Assembly: GCA_041749335.1 (NCBI GenBank) | Contig: JBGTBM010000009.1 | Location: forward strand, 179 to 64,178 | Source: Patescibacteria group bacterium | Lineage (GTDB): Bacteria > Patescibacteriota > JABMPQ01 | Direction: 5' to 3' | Length of the DNA: 64,000 nt | Shown: positions 49,737-60,255 of the stretch, in pieces | Position numbering within the stretch: position 1 is the stretch's first letter | How the letters are laid out: every line of letters starts with the position of its first letter | The notes under the pieces: generated by a model | What the model saw: the letters and a program-made list of their open reading frames with translations, nothing else | Database searches by the model: none | What the model was told of the DNA's origin: nothing | Program-made: the position numbers and the translations under genes

Positions 49737-50681
49737 TTAAATTTTACTGCGCCAATAATCTAATGTCAACTTCAATGTGTCCTTAAAATCTATCTTAGGA
49801 CTCCATTCTAGCTCTTTCTTTATTTTACTGAAGCTTCCGACCGAACAAGCGATGTCAGATGGACGCATTCGGCTTGAATCTTTTTTTATTTTTATCTTGA
49901 TTCCCGAAAAAGATAAAAGCAATTCCAAAATTTCGGCAATGCTATAATGTGTGCCGGAGGCAATATTATAAATTTCACCGCTTTTCCCTTCGGTTGCAAG
50001 AAGATTATAAGCTCGAATAACATCGCGCACGTCCGAAAAATCTCTTATGGCATTTAAATTACCGACCTGAATCACTGGCTGATTTATGCCCTTTTCAATT
50101 TCAGCGATTTGTTTAGCAAAAGCCGGCACCACAAAATTTTCTGTCTGTCCCGGCCCAGTATGATTAAACGCCCGAGATATAATAATTTCCACCTGATCCG
50201 TTATATATTTCTTGGCCATTCTTTCCATTTCCAGCTTGCTTTCCGCGTATATTCCGATCGGATTTTCCATATCACTTTCAGTAAAAGGCCGGCAGTTTGC
50301 GCCAGATCCATAGATATAACTAGTGCTCGCCAACATGATCCTCATTTTTTTCGATATAGTTTGGCAAGACCGTAATATATTAACAGTACCATCTACATTG
50401 ACCTTAAAAACTTTTTCCCGATCGCTTTCATTCCCGGAAGACATAGCGGCCAAATGATAAACATAATCCGGCGTTGATTTTTTTATCACGTTATCAACTT
50501 CAAGCTTATCGGCAATATCACATTTCAGAAATTCCACTTCCGGAAATTTTCCGTGCGAGTCGGTGTAATCCCTATCATCAAGATAGGTGCCGAATATTTT
50601 TACATCCTGATCCCGCCCCAATAAATATTCAGTTAAATATTTTCCAACAAAGCCGGTAATGCCGGTAATTAATATATTCAT
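49737..50681 (-). CDS. rmd: GDP-4-dehydro-6-deoxy-D-mannose reductase (GDP-D-rhamnose synthase, Rmd-like)
   Basis: Blocks ITGITGFVGKYL, RAFNHTGPGQ...FAKQIAEIEKG, GNLNAIRDFSDVRDV and IYNIASG match Pseudomonas Rmd closely. This comparison is from memory. Confidence 0.7.
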   Translation of the reverse strand: MNILITGITGFVGKYLTEYLLGRDQDVKIFGTYLDDRDYTDSHGKFPEVEFLKCDIADKLEVDNVIKKSTPDYVYHLAAMSSGNESDREKVFKVNVDGTVNILRSCQTISKKMRIMLASTSYIYGSGANCRPFTESDMENPIGIYAESKLEMERMAKKYITDQVEIIISRAFNHTGPGQTENFVVPAFAKQIAEIEKGINQPVIQVGNLNAIRDFSDVRDVIRAYNLLATEGKSGEIYNIASGTHYSIAEILELLLSFSGIKIKIKKDSSRMRPSDIACSVGSFSKIKKELEWSPKIDFKDTLKLTLDYWRSKI

Positions 50682-50682
50682 G

Positions 50683-51624
50683 TTATTTTTGATAAGCCTT
50701 TATAGTGCTTACAATCATATCCCGCAGCGTTTCTTTTGGCTCCCAATTTAATAATTTTTTCGCTTTTTCGTACGAGGCAGTTAATTTTGCCACATCCCCC
50801 TCTCTTCTTTCCCCAATTTCATATACAACATCTTTTCCATAAGCCGCGCTAAATTCTTTAATTAATTCTAATACCGATACTCCTCGAGAGGTACCAAGAT
50901 TTATCACATCTGATTGATTAATGCCCAGAGCTTTTATATGTGCTTCAACCAAATCATTAATCCCGACATAATCTCGAATGCAAGTTCCATCGATGGTTTC
51001 ATAATCATCGCCAAATACGGTAAATTTTTCCCTTTTCCCCGTTAATACTTCCATAATTATCGGAAATACATTCTGCGCTTCCGGATCAATATAGTTTAAG
51101 CCCGCATCCCCGGCGACATTAAAATAGCGCAAAGATATGCCGTTTAAGCCTGTTAATTCGGAGTGCCATTTGATTAAATTTTCACAAACCAACTTAGTAT
51201 ACCCATAAAAATTTTGCGGACTGGTCGGATGCTCTTCATCAATGGAGATGTATTTGGGTTCGCCATAAACGGCAGCCGTACTGGAAAATATTAATTTTTT
51301 TATTCCTTTTTCTTGAATGGCATTAATTAGATTAATAAAACCCGTAATATTGTCAGAATATTTAACCGGCTGCTCCATAGATTCTCCCGCTGCTTTATAA
51401 GCCGCAAAATGCATTACCGCGTCAATTTTATTTTCTTTAAAAACTTGACCGACAAACTGTTTATCAATAAGATCTCCAACAAATAATTTTGCCTTGGGAT
51501 TTACCAGCTCTTTTTTTCCTTTTAATAAATTATCTATCACCAGAACGTCGTGATTTTTTTCTATCAAAGCTTTAACTGCCGCACTGCCGATATAGCCCGC
51601 TCCGCCCGTTACCAATATCTTCAT
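50683..51624 (-). CDS. galE: UDP-glucose 4-epimerase (GalE family)
   Basis: MKILVTGGAGYIGS and FSSTAAVYGEP. Confidence 0.75.
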   Translation of the reverse strand: MKILVTGGAGYIGSAAVKALIEKNHDVLVIDNLLKGKKELVNPKAKLFVGDLIDKQFVGQVFKENKIDAVMHFAAYKAAGESMEQPVKYSDNITGFINLINAIQEKGIKKLIFSSTAAVYGEPKYISIDEEHPTSPQNFYGYTKLVCENLIKWHSELTGLNGISLRYFNVAGDAGLNYIDPEAQNVFPIIMEVLTGKREKFTVFGDDYETIDGTCIRDYVGINDLVEAHIKALGINQSDVINLGTSRGVSVLELIKEFSAAYGKDVVYEIGERREGDVAKLTASYEKAKKLLNWEPKETLRDMIVSTIKAYQK

Positions 51625-51625
51625 T

Positions 51626-52423
51626 TTATTTTAATAATTTTTTAGATAAGTATTTTAACTCTTCATTAAATTCCGCTATTGATTTTTCAATAATCGGATC
51701 AAAATTCTGATATATCTTTTTTTCCTTAACCACATTTCCCGCCGTAAGCAGCGAATCAAATGTTCCGGCATCCAACCAAGCTCCCTCAAATTTTTTAACC
51801 TCCAACTCTTCTTGATTTAAATAAAAATTATGCAGATCGACTATTTCAATTTCTCCCCTCTCTGATGGCTTAAGATTTTTAGCGGCATTAACCACTCGAT
51901 TATCATAAACATATAGTCCGGTTATGGCATAATCACTGATCCACTCTTGAGGTTTTTCGACAATTTTTTCCGCTTTACCTTTTTCGTCGAATTTTACCAC
52001 TCCAAATCTTTCCGGATCGCTGACTTTAGTGGCAAATACCATCCCGCCGCGCCTAAAATTTTTAATGTCGTGAGAAAAATCGTCTTCAAAAATATTATCG
52101 CCTAATATTAAAGTGGCATCATCTTCGTCAAGAAATTTTTCTCCTAGAACAAAGGCTTCTGGCAATCCTTTGGGCACTTTTTGTACTTCAAAAACCAGGC
52201 GGATTCCATAATTTTTAAAAAGTGAACCCAATAAATTTAAAAATTGTCCACTATGTTCGGGAGCCACGATAACTAATATTTCTTTAATCCCCGCTTTAAT
52301 TAAGGTATTTAGCGGATAAAAAATCATCTGCCTATCATAAACTGGTAATAATTGTTTAGAAGTAGTGGCGGTCAAAGGATATAATCTGGTGGCGCTGCCT
52401 CCTGCTAAAATAATACCTTTCAT
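51626..52423 (-). CDS. rmlA: Sugar-1-phosphate nucleotidyltransferase, RmlA-like (glucose-1-phosphate thymidylyltransferase family)
   Basis: MKGIILAGGSATRLYPLTATTSKQLLPVYD. At 265 aa it is somewhat short for RmlA. Confidence 0.65.
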   Translation of the reverse strand: MKGIILAGGSATRLYPLTATTSKQLLPVYDRQMIFYPLNTLIKAGIKEILVIVAPEHSGQFLNLLGSLFKNYGIRLVFEVQKVPKGLPEAFVLGEKFLDEDDATLILGDNIFEDDFSHDIKNFRRGGMVFATKVSDPERFGVVKFDEKGKAEKIVEKPQEWISDYAITGLYVYDNRVVNAAKNLKPSERGEIEIVDLHNFYLNQEELEVKKFEGAWLDAGTFDSLLTAGNVVKEKKIYQNFDPIIEKSIAEFNEELKYLSKKLLK

Positions 52424-52433
52424 ATTTTTTGAC

Positions 52434-53273
52434 TTATTTACTTAAATATTCTTTCAAGGCCTCTCGCCACGATCTGAGCTTGGGAAGCTTTGAATTAATT
52501 AAAATTGAATATTGCGGTCTCTTAGCGGGACGAGGAAATTCTTCGCTAGTGCAAGGATTTACATTTATATCCTTGCCTACGTTTTTAAATATTTCCATCG
52601 CGAAATCATACCAAGTGGTTTGTCCCTCATTGGGTAAATGATATACACCGTATGCCGGCTTGGTTTCGATTAAAATTTTTAATGCCTTGGCTAAATCTAC
52701 GGTATAGGTTGGCTTTCCATGCTGGTCGTTCACTACTTTTAATTCCTTGTGATCTTTAGCTAAATTTAACATGGTTTCAACAAAATTCTTTCCATTTTTA
52801 CCAAAAAGCCATGATATCCGAACAATATAATGCTTTTCCATATTCTCTCTCACCATTTTTTCACCCAATGCTTTAGATGCCCCATATTGATTAACCGGAT
52901 CGATTCGATCTTCTTCTTTATATCCTTCCGCTTTCAATCCATCAAATACATAATCAGTGCTAATATGAACTAAAATTGCATTTTCATCCCGGCATGCTTT
53001 GGCAATATATTGTAAAGCTTGGCCATTAACTTTATTGCAGATATCTTTATCCTCTTCACATTTATCCACATCGGTATAAGCGGCAGCATTAATCACGTAA
53101 TCCGGCTTATTTTTTTTAATAAAATCCCGAACCTGATTTTCTTTAGTAATATCAAAATCGGAAATATCCGTACCCACTACTGAATAATTACTATCGGCCT
53201 CAAATTCCCGCATTAAATCCGTACCCAGCATTCCTTTGGCGCCGATTAATAAAATTTTTTCATAAGCTTGCAT
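52434..53273 (-). CDS. rmlD: dTDP-4-dehydrorhamnose reductase
   Basis: ILLIGAKGMLG...VINAAAYTDVDKCE...HISTDYVFDG. Confidence 0.75.
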   Translation of the reverse strand: MQAYEKILLIGAKGMLGTDLMREFEADSNYSVVGTDISDFDITKENQVRDFIKKNKPDYVINAAAYTDVDKCEEDKDICNKVNGQALQYIAKACRDENAILVHISTDYVFDGLKAEGYKEEDRIDPVNQYGASKALGEKMVRENMEKHYIVRISWLFGKNGKNFVETMLNLAKDHKELKVVNDQHGKPTYTVDLAKALKILIETKPAYGVYHLPNEGQTTWYDFAMEIFKNVGKDINVNPCTSEEFPRPAKRPQYSILINSKLPKLRSWREALKEYLSK

Positions 53274-53282
53274 GTTTATTCA

Positions 53283-53777
53283 TTATTTTTTTGAAATATT
53301 CACTTCAATTGGTTTTTCAAATTTTTTATATTGAGCGGGTGTTATTTCCAGAGAGTCTATAAAGCTCCCTGCGTTTAAATTAATTTTCTTTAATCGCATC
53401 ATGGCTTTATCGCAAAAAGTAACCGCTTTGAATAAACTGCCAAAAGGGGGCAATGCTCCAATTTTTTTGGTTATATTGTTTTTAATCTGGCCCTCCGAAG
53501 CAATTTTAATTGACTTAACCTTTTTTTCTTTCATCTGCTCCAAATATTTGTTCAAGGCTTTTTTAAACTTTACCATATCCAACCTTTTATTGCCCGGAAT
53601 AACCGCAAAGACAAATTTATTATCTGTTTTTAAAAGCAACGTTTTTCCGACACTTTTTATGTCAATTTTTTGAGTTTGTGCAGAATCAAAAGTAGTATAA
53701 ACTTTTTTATGCTGTAATATCTTATATTTAATCCCCTCTTTATCTAATTTATTAATTAATTTCTTTAAAGGAGGCAT
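53283..53777 (-). CDS. YbaK/ProX-family aminoacyl-tRNA deacylase-like protein
   Basis: About 160 aa with IGALPPFG, positioned next to aspS. Confidence 0.5.
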   Translation of the reverse strand: MPPLKKLINKLDKEGIKYKILQHKKVYTTFDSAQTQKIDIKSVGKTLLLKTDNKFVFAVIPGNKRLDMVKFKKALNKYLEQMKEKKVKSIKIASEGQIKNNITKKIGALPPFGSLFKAVTFCDKAMMRLKKINLNAGSFIDSLEITPAQYKKFEKPIEVNISKK

Positions 53778-53781
53778 GTTC

Positions 53782-55554
53782 TTATTTTTTATTTATTTTT
53801 ATTCCCAGTTCTTTTAATTGGGCTTCGGAAACTTCGCTGGGCGACCCGGTCATCATATCTTGGGCATTGCCGGCCTTGGGAAAAGCGTATATATCTCTAA
53901 TACTATTGGTGCCAAAAATAAGCATTAACATTCGATCTATTCCCGGAGCAGCGCCGCCATGAGGAGGAGCGCCAAATTTCATCGCTTCAACCATATGTTT
54001 AAATTTTTTATCTACCTCGCTTCTTTTATATCCGGCTAATTCAAATGCTTGATATAATAATTCAGGCCTATGGTTTCGGATTGAACCGCTGCCGATTTCA
54101 TAGCCGTTAGCCACAATGTCAAATTGCGTAGAGCGAATTTTGGTTGCATCTTTTTCTTCAAAAGCTTTTTCTTCGCCTACAGGCATGCTAAAAGGATTAT
54201 GCTCAAAATCAAGCTTCCCGGTAATATCGCTTATAGAATACATTGGAAAATCATAAATCCAAGCCCAGGCAATTAATTTATTATCGATTAATTTATTATT
54301 AACAGCAACTTGGGTGCGAACTTTACCGAGAGCTTTAACTACCTTTAGCCAGTTATCAGCGCCAAAAAACACAATATCGCCTTTTTTAGCTTTAGTTTCA
54401 TTTTTTATTCCTTCAACTTCACGATCTGATAAAAATTTTAAAATAGGAGATGCTGGGCTATCCTTATAAATAATATAGGCTAATCCACCCAATCCTTCGC
54501 TTTTTGCAATTTCCGTCAAATCATCGATTTGTTTGCGAGAAAAATTACTTCCCCCTGTTACTTTTAAAGCCTTAACGCATCCACCTTGTGAAATGGCATT
54601 TGCAAAAACTTTAAAATTGGTATTTTTAAATAATTCCGTAAGCTCAATTAACGGCAAATCATACCGCAAATCCGGCTTATCTGAACCGTATGTATTCATT
54701 GCCTCATCCCAGGAAATTCTCGGAAAAGGATTATGCATTATCTTTTTATCGGAAAATTTTTCTGTAAGCTCTATAATTAATTTTTCGATTATATTATACA
54801 AATCCTCTCTCTCCACAAAACTCATTTCAAAATCAAGTTGATAAAAATCCCCCGGATGTCTATCAGCCCTAGGATCTTCATCTCTAAAACAGGGTGCGAT
54901 TTGAAAATATTTATCCATCCCCGCCACCATTAAAAGCTGCTTAAATTGCTGCGGAGCTTGAGGTAAAGCATAGAATTTACCAGGATATAATCTGGAGGGA
55001 ACCAAATAATCTCTGGCTCCTTCCGGACTGGAATTAGCCAAAAGTGGAGTTTGAATTTCAATAAAATCGCGCTTATTAAAATAATCTCTAATATATCTAA
55101 TAAATTCATTTCTTTTCATTAAGATATCTTGATAATATTTATGGCGCAAATCAAGAAAACGATATTTAAGCCTTAATTCTTCATTGGCCATGGTCCTTTT
55201 CTTATCATTAATTTCAAAGGGCGGCGTTTTTGATTCACTCAAAACATCAATTTTTTCAACCTCTATTTCTATTTTCCCCGTATTGAGCTCTTCATTAATC
55301 ATATTTTCCGGCCGCAATCTAACTTCACCTTCTATTCTAATTACATATTCAGAGCGGCATTTATCGGCGACATTAAACGATTCCCTTTTTTGCGGATTAA
55401 ACACAATCTGTGTAATGCCAAATCTATCTCTTAAATCAATAAAAATAAGATCGCCATGATCTCTGCGCGAATTCACCCAGCCGGACAATATTACCTTCTC
55501 CCCATTATTTTTATCAGATAATTGTCCGCAATTGTGCGTGCGATAATATTTCAT
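53782..55554 (-). CDS. aspS: Aspartyl-tRNA synthetase (bacterial type)
   Basis: N-terminal OB domain, class II motifs (FRDEDPRADRHP) and a GAD insertion. Length is 590 aa. Confidence 0.9.
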   Translation of the reverse strand: MKYYRTHNCGQLSDKNNGEKVILSGWVNSRRDHGDLIFIDLRDRFGITQIVFNPQKRESFNVADKCRSEYVIRIEGEVRLRPENMINEELNTGKIEIEVEKIDVLSESKTPPFEINDKKRTMANEELRLKYRFLDLRHKYYQDILMKRNEFIRYIRDYFNKRDFIEIQTPLLANSSPEGARDYLVPSRLYPGKFYALPQAPQQFKQLLMVAGMDKYFQIAPCFRDEDPRADRHPGDFYQLDFEMSFVEREDLYNIIEKLIIELTEKFSDKKIMHNPFPRISWDEAMNTYGSDKPDLRYDLPLIELTELFKNTNFKVFANAISQGGCVKALKVTGGSNFSRKQIDDLTEIAKSEGLGGLAYIIYKDSPASPILKFLSDREVEGIKNETKAKKGDIVFFGADNWLKVVKALGKVRTQVAVNNKLIDNKLIAWAWIYDFPMYSISDITGKLDFEHNPFSMPVGEEKAFEEKDATKIRSTQFDIVANGYEIGSGSIRNHRPELLYQAFELAGYKRSEVDKKFKHMVEAMKFGAPPHGGAAPGIDRMLMLIFGTNSIRDIYAFPKAGNAQDMMTGSPSEVSEAQLKELGIKINKK

Positions 55555-55557
55555 AAA

Positions 55558-56478
55558 TTATTTTTTTGTTTTTTCCCAAGCAGCCAAAATAGTGCTCGCA
55601 ATAAAAATTGAAGAATAAGTACCGGCGATTATACCTACGATTAAAGCCAATACGAACCATTGAATTGTCGCTCCTCCGAATAAATAAAGAGCGACTAATA
55701 CTAATAAGGTGGTAATAGAGGTATTTAACGATCTGGTTAAGGTTTGATTAATGCTAAGATCAATCACCTGGTCCAATCTTTTATTTTCTAATCTTAGAAG
55801 ATTAAATCTGATGCGATCAAAAACTACGATAGTATCATTTATTGAATATCCTAAAACTGTCAGTAGCGCAATTACAAATAAACTATCCAATTGAACATTA
55901 AAAAATTTCCCTAAAATAACAAATACTCCCACTAAAATAACTATATCGTGAATAAGCGCAATAATAGCGCAGATGCCGAATTTCCAAGATGGAATTTTAG
56001 TTGATACTTTTCTAAAAGTATAAGCAATATAAAGCACTATACAAATTAATACCAATGCGATCGCATACAAAGCCTTGCTTTTTAATTCCTGTCCGATGGT
56101 TGGCCCGATGGATTCAAATCTTAATTCTTCAAAATTTCCTGCTATATTTGAATATTTTTTTTCAAATTCATCAATTAGTTTCTGATGTTTTTCTTCATCT
56201 AAAGTCTCCATGCGAATAATAAAGCTGCCGTCTTGCGCAGGCTGCACTTTATAATCCGATATTCCCGTTTTTCCTATTAAATTATCTATTTCAGGTTTAT
56301 TAGGAGATTGCTGATTAAATTTGATTTCCATTAATGATCCGCCCTTAAAATCAATTCCTAAATTCAAACCAAATATAATCAGTAATACAACGCTGGAAAC
56401 CACCAATATTCCAGAAAAAATAAACCAAATTTTACTTTTTTTAATAATTCTTATCATTAATTTCTTTTTTCTTAACAT
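55558..56478 (-). CDS. secF: Protein translocase subunit SecF
   Basis: GIDFKGGSLMEIKF and six TM helices. Confidence 0.85.
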   Translation of the reverse strand: MLRKKKLMIRIIKKSKIWFIFSGILVVSSVVLLIIFGLNLGIDFKGGSLMEIKFNQQSPNKPEIDNLIGKTGISDYKVQPAQDGSFIIRMETLDEEKHQKLIDEFEKKYSNIAGNFEELRFESIGPTIGQELKSKALYAIALVLICIVLYIAYTFRKVSTKIPSWKFGICAIIALIHDIVILVGVFVILGKFFNVQLDSLFVIALLTVLGYSINDTIVVFDRIRFNLLRLENKRLDQVIDLSINQTLTRSLNTSITTLLVLVALYLFGGATIQWFVLALIVGIIAGTYSSIFIASTILAAWEKTKK

Positions 56479-57985
56479 TAAATAAATATAATCTTTTTCC
56501 CAGCCATTTATTTGAAATAATTTGTAAAAATATTTTAGTAATAAAAATGGTGGAAAACATGCTTAATATGACGCCAACCCCCAAAGTAACAGCAAAACCC
56601 CTGATAATGCCTACGCCAAACCAGCCTAAAACTCCACAAGTAATGATTGTAGATAAATTAGAATCTCTAATGGAGGGCCAAGCATGTTGGAAACCCGAAT
56701 CAACAGCGGAACCTAATGTTTTTCCCAATCTTAATTCTTCTCTAATTCTTTCGAATATCAATACATTGGCATCGACTGCCATTCCAATAGAAAGGATAAA
56801 TCCCGCGATGCCGGCCAAGGTTAATGTCACCGGAATCAATTTAAATAAAGCCAGAGTAACCAAAACGTAAATTATCAAAGCAAAAACCGATAGCAAGCCG
56901 GGTAAGCGATAGAAAATAATCATAAATAAGCACACCATCAATAAACCGATTAAGCCTGCCAAAAAACTTTTTTCTATTGATATTTTACCCAGGGTAGCGC
57001 CCACAGTATTTTGCGAAATTAAATTTATCGGAACAGGCAATGCACCGGCGTTTAACCTCATTGCTAAATCTTTCGCCTCTTCCAAGGTAAATTGGCCGGA
57101 AATTACCGCTTGTCCGTCTCTAATTGGTTCGTTGACATTGGGAGCGGATATTAATGCATTATCAAGAAAAATTGCCAAGGGCTTTCCTACATTCCGTTCG
57201 GTTATCTCGGCAAATAATTTTTTACCTTCATCATTAAATGATAATCCAATCATGGGTTGATTGGTTTGCTGATCAAATTGTAATTGCGCGTTTACAAGAT
57301 GCTGCCCCGAAAGCGCCGTCAGCTTAAATCCGGGATATTGCTGCTGTTGTATCATTTGCGATAAAGCCTCGTAATCAATTTCCTGCCCATCTTCAGTAAC
57401 GAATTTAGTATCTTCTCCTTCACCCTCTATTTTAATATTTTCTAAAATGTTATTTTCAATATTTTCAGCCTGATCGCCCTCAGCATTGCCCCCTTCGCTT
57501 CCTTCTTCAGTATTGGTTTCGGCCGGTGTCTCGATTTCCTGCACCTCTGGCTCCGCTGGAATTTGGCTTTCATCTTGTTCCCTGAAATCCAAAGAAGGAG
57601 TTTGTCCGATCAATTCAATTGCCTCGTTGACATCCTGTATGCCCGCCAGTTCAACAATAAGTCGACGTCTATCTCCCACAATAACCGTCTGAACTACCGG
57701 CTCTGACACACCCAACGCGTTTACTCTTCTTTCAATTACATCCCTGACTCCCGCCATTGATGAATCATAATTTTCCGGATCAACCTTGGATAAATCAGCT
57801 TCATATACCAAATGAGAGCCCCCCTGCAAATCTAATCCCAAATGGACTTTTAACTCTTTTTCATAGGGTATTTTAATTGGATATAAATCTAAATCAGGAC
57901 CCTTGGGCCAATCAATAATACCCGCCAAGAGAGTTAGTATCAAAATTCCTACAAACGTTAATCTAATTTTATTTCTTTTTGTCAT
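56441..57985 (-). CDS. secD: Protein translocase subunit SecD
   Basis: LGLDLQGGSHLVYEAD and a C-terminal TM bundle. Confidence 0.85.
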   Translation of the reverse strand: MTKRNKIRLTFVGILILTLLAGIIDWPKGPDLDLYPIKIPYEKELKVHLGLDLQGGSHLVYEADLSKVDPENYDSSMAGVRDVIERRVNALGVSEPVVQTVIVGDRRRLIVELAGIQDVNEAIELIGQTPSLDFREQDESQIPAEPEVQEIETPAETNTEEGSEGGNAEGDQAENIENNILENIKIEGEGEDTKFVTEDGQEIDYEALSQMIQQQQYPGFKLTALSGQHLVNAQLQFDQQTNQPMIGLSFNDEGKKLFAEITERNVGKPLAIFLDNALISAPNVNEPIRDGQAVISGQFTLEEAKDLAMRLNAGALPVPINLISQNTVGATLGKISIEKSFLAGLIGLLMVCLFMIIFYRLPGLLSVFALIIYVLVTLALFKLIPVTLTLAGIAGFILSIGMAVDANVLIFERIREELRLGKTLGSAVDSGFQHAWPSIRDSNLSTIITCGVLGWFGVGIIRGFAVTLGVGVILSMFSTIFITKIFLQIISNKWLGKRLYLFNVKKKEINDKNY

Positions 57986-58011
57986 TATTTAATAAAAATT
58001 TTTATTTATAT

Positions 58012-59427
58012 CTATGGTCGTACAAAAACTTTATCCCCAACCATTGTCCAATTATATAACCAAGCTGCATTTTGTACAGATACATTAATACATCCATGGC
58101 TCATTGGATGGCCGAAATTATTATGCCAAAAAGCTCCATGCAAAGAATAGGGACCGTTAAAATACATTACGTAAGGAACATTTGGAATATCATAATTATC
58201 CGGATGATTTTCGCCATAATCCCCCGTCATGCGATCCTCGGCTAAACGAAGCCAGATACTAAAATCTCCCACGGGCGAAGGATATTTACTGATGCCCGAT
58301 GATATTAAAAATTCATTTACTTTTCTACCGCCCTTATAGGCTTGTAGTTTCTGTTCGGATAAGTCAACTTCAATATATTTATAGATATCCCGGCCTTCCC
58401 AAATTCTTCGTCCCGGCACGGTAACAATTTCGGTAGCGCTGCTTTGATCGACATTGCCAATAGCCACTTTTACACCACCCCTAAAATCATCTTCGTATGG
58501 CCGTAAATCCAAAGCTTTAACCGCCCCATAAGCCTCAAATGTCCGTACATGCGGCGCGTAGCCATTGCTGCCAACTATTACCTCGGCTTCTCCATCGCGA
58601 TCAATATCACCAGAAGCAACATTAACCCCTTCCCGGTATGATTCAGAAAAAGCTAAAAAATCACCCAAAATTCTTTTACTGGCATCGCCCTTATAGACCT
58701 TGACTTGCGCGGTGCCAAAGTAATTTTTCGCCGCAATTATCTCTGATTCACGCCCGCCGTCAACATTTCCGCACGCGACATCTACGCCTCCCCGATGACC
58801 CTCTTCAAATGGGAACAGGCTCAATCCCATAAATTCGCCTTTGCCGTTAAAGCCTCTGACATGGGCTGTAGAATTCATGCCTGATCCGGTTATAATTTCT
58901 GCCTTGCCGTCTCCATTAATATCGCAAGCAGCTACTCTGGCTCCGCCTTCAAAATTTGAATCATAGGCGATAAATTCCGCTAAAACTTTCTTTTCCGCAT
59001 TTACCTGATACGCCTTTACCCATGCTTGACCGTCTCCAAACTGGGAAATAATTAATTCATCTTTCTTATCACCATTGATATCGCCGCAAGCCACATCAAC
59101 TCCGCCGCGGAAATCCGGATGAAACGGAAAGAAGCTAAACCCGGTAAAATTGCCTAAATTATCAAACATCCTGACATGCGGTCCGCCGCCGGCTCCCGCA
59201 CCCACAAAAATTTCATCCACGCCATCATTGTTGGTATCGCAAACGGCAATATTGCCTCCGCCCTTAAACGCTTCGTCATAAGCTAAAAAGCTTTTATCTA
59301 AATGTTTATTATCGGTATTAAAAATCTTTACTTCCGGCGCTCGGTATTCCGCGGCGTCCGCAATATTTAATAGCAAAAAAGCTGCCATAAAAATTACGCC
59401 AAAAACTAGGATATTTTTTATCTTCAT
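58012..59427 (-). CDS. Secreted FG-GAP/VCBS-repeat beta-propeller fused to a C-terminal L,D-transpeptidase (YkuD) domain
   Basis: Signal peptide, then about 6 (C/S)GD(I/V)(N/D)GDG...E(I/V)(I/V) repeats, then a C-terminus ending ...SLHGAFWHNNFGHPMSHGCINV. Confidence 0.7.
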   Translation of the reverse strand: MKIKNILVFGVIFMAAFLLLNIADAAEYRAPEVKIFNTDNKHLDKSFLAYDEAFKGGGNIAVCDTNNDGVDEIFVGAGAGGGPHVRMFDNLGNFTGFSFFPFHPDFRGGVDVACGDINGDKKDELIISQFGDGQAWVKAYQVNAEKKVLAEFIAYDSNFEGGARVAACDINGDGKAEIITGSGMNSTAHVRGFNGKGEFMGLSLFPFEEGHRGGVDVACGNVDGGRESEIIAAKNYFGTAQVKVYKGDASKRILGDFLAFSESYREGVNVASGDIDRDGEAEVIVGSNGYAPHVRTFEAYGAVKALDLRPYEDDFRGGVKVAIGNVDQSSATEIVTVPGRRIWEGRDIYKYIEVDLSEQKLQAYKGGRKVNEFLISSGISKYPSPVGDFSIWLRLAEDRMTGDYGENHPDNYDIPNVPYVMYFNGPYSLHGAFWHNNFGHPMSHGCINVSVQNAAWLYNWTMVGDKVFVRP

Positions 59428-59617
59428 ACTTTTATTTAATTTTTCGTTACTTTTAATATAACAACTTTTTTAGGTTGTAACAAGAATAAATTTAATTTTT
59501 AATTTTATAATTATTTGATTTTTAAGAACGTGTTTGATAAATTTAAACTGAATATCTAATTATTCATCAAAACAATTATCTTTATAATATTTAATAATAT
59601 AATAAATAACTAAAAAC

Positions 59618-60094
59618 ATGAAAAAGGCTGTAACAATTACTATGTTTATTGGATTAGTATTATTATTTACCGGTTGCTCCTTCCTAAATGAAGAGACAAC
59701 CAATCAAAATATTAATGACAATACGGCAACAAATCAAACAATAGATCAAGAAGTAAAAAATAATAATTTTATATCAAGTAGTAATAATTTTACTTTCTCA
59801 TATAAAAATGACTGGACTTGTAAGGAAGTTGTTAATAATAAAAGAGTAGATTGCTATCCTAGTTCCAGACAAAACGAAGAATATGATGCTGGGTTAGATC
59901 AACGCACTGTTTATTATCCCAATATTAGTATTTGGATAAATAACTGTTCAGCAACTTCACAAGATTTATTTGAAGAGAATCCCGATATGCCCATATTACA
60001 ATTTATTAAGAGCTATTCTAACTGTACGGTTTTAGTAACATCTACTGACGAAACCATTAAAGATGAAGATGATATAAATAAGATTATTTTTTAA
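59618..60094 (+). CDS. Small lipoprotein, unknown function
   Basis: Signal peptide with lipobox LFTGCS, then an Asn/Thr-rich region. Confidence 0.5.
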   Translation: MKKAVTITMFIGLVLLFTGCSFLNEETTNQNINDNTATNQTIDQEVKNNNFISSSNNFTFSYKNDWTCKEVVNNKRVDCYPSSRQNEEYDAGLDQRTVYYPNISIWINNCSATSQDLFEENPDMPILQFIKSYSNCTVLVTSTDETIKDEDDINKIIF

Positions 60095-60202
60095 GTTTTT
60101 CTGTAATATTAAATTATATTATTGAATATAATTTTCTAATAATAATCTCCGGTCTTAGGCTATATAAATTATGGATATATTTTATCTAAATTTATTGTAA
60201 AT

Positions 60203-60238
60203 AAAACTAAAACCAGCAAATAATGCTGTTTTTTTTAT
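60203..60238. terminator. Bidirectional terminator
   Basis: cagca-aataa-tgctg hairpin with a T9 run and an upstream A-run. Confidence 0.5.
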
Positions 60239-60255
60239 TAATATTATATTTCATT

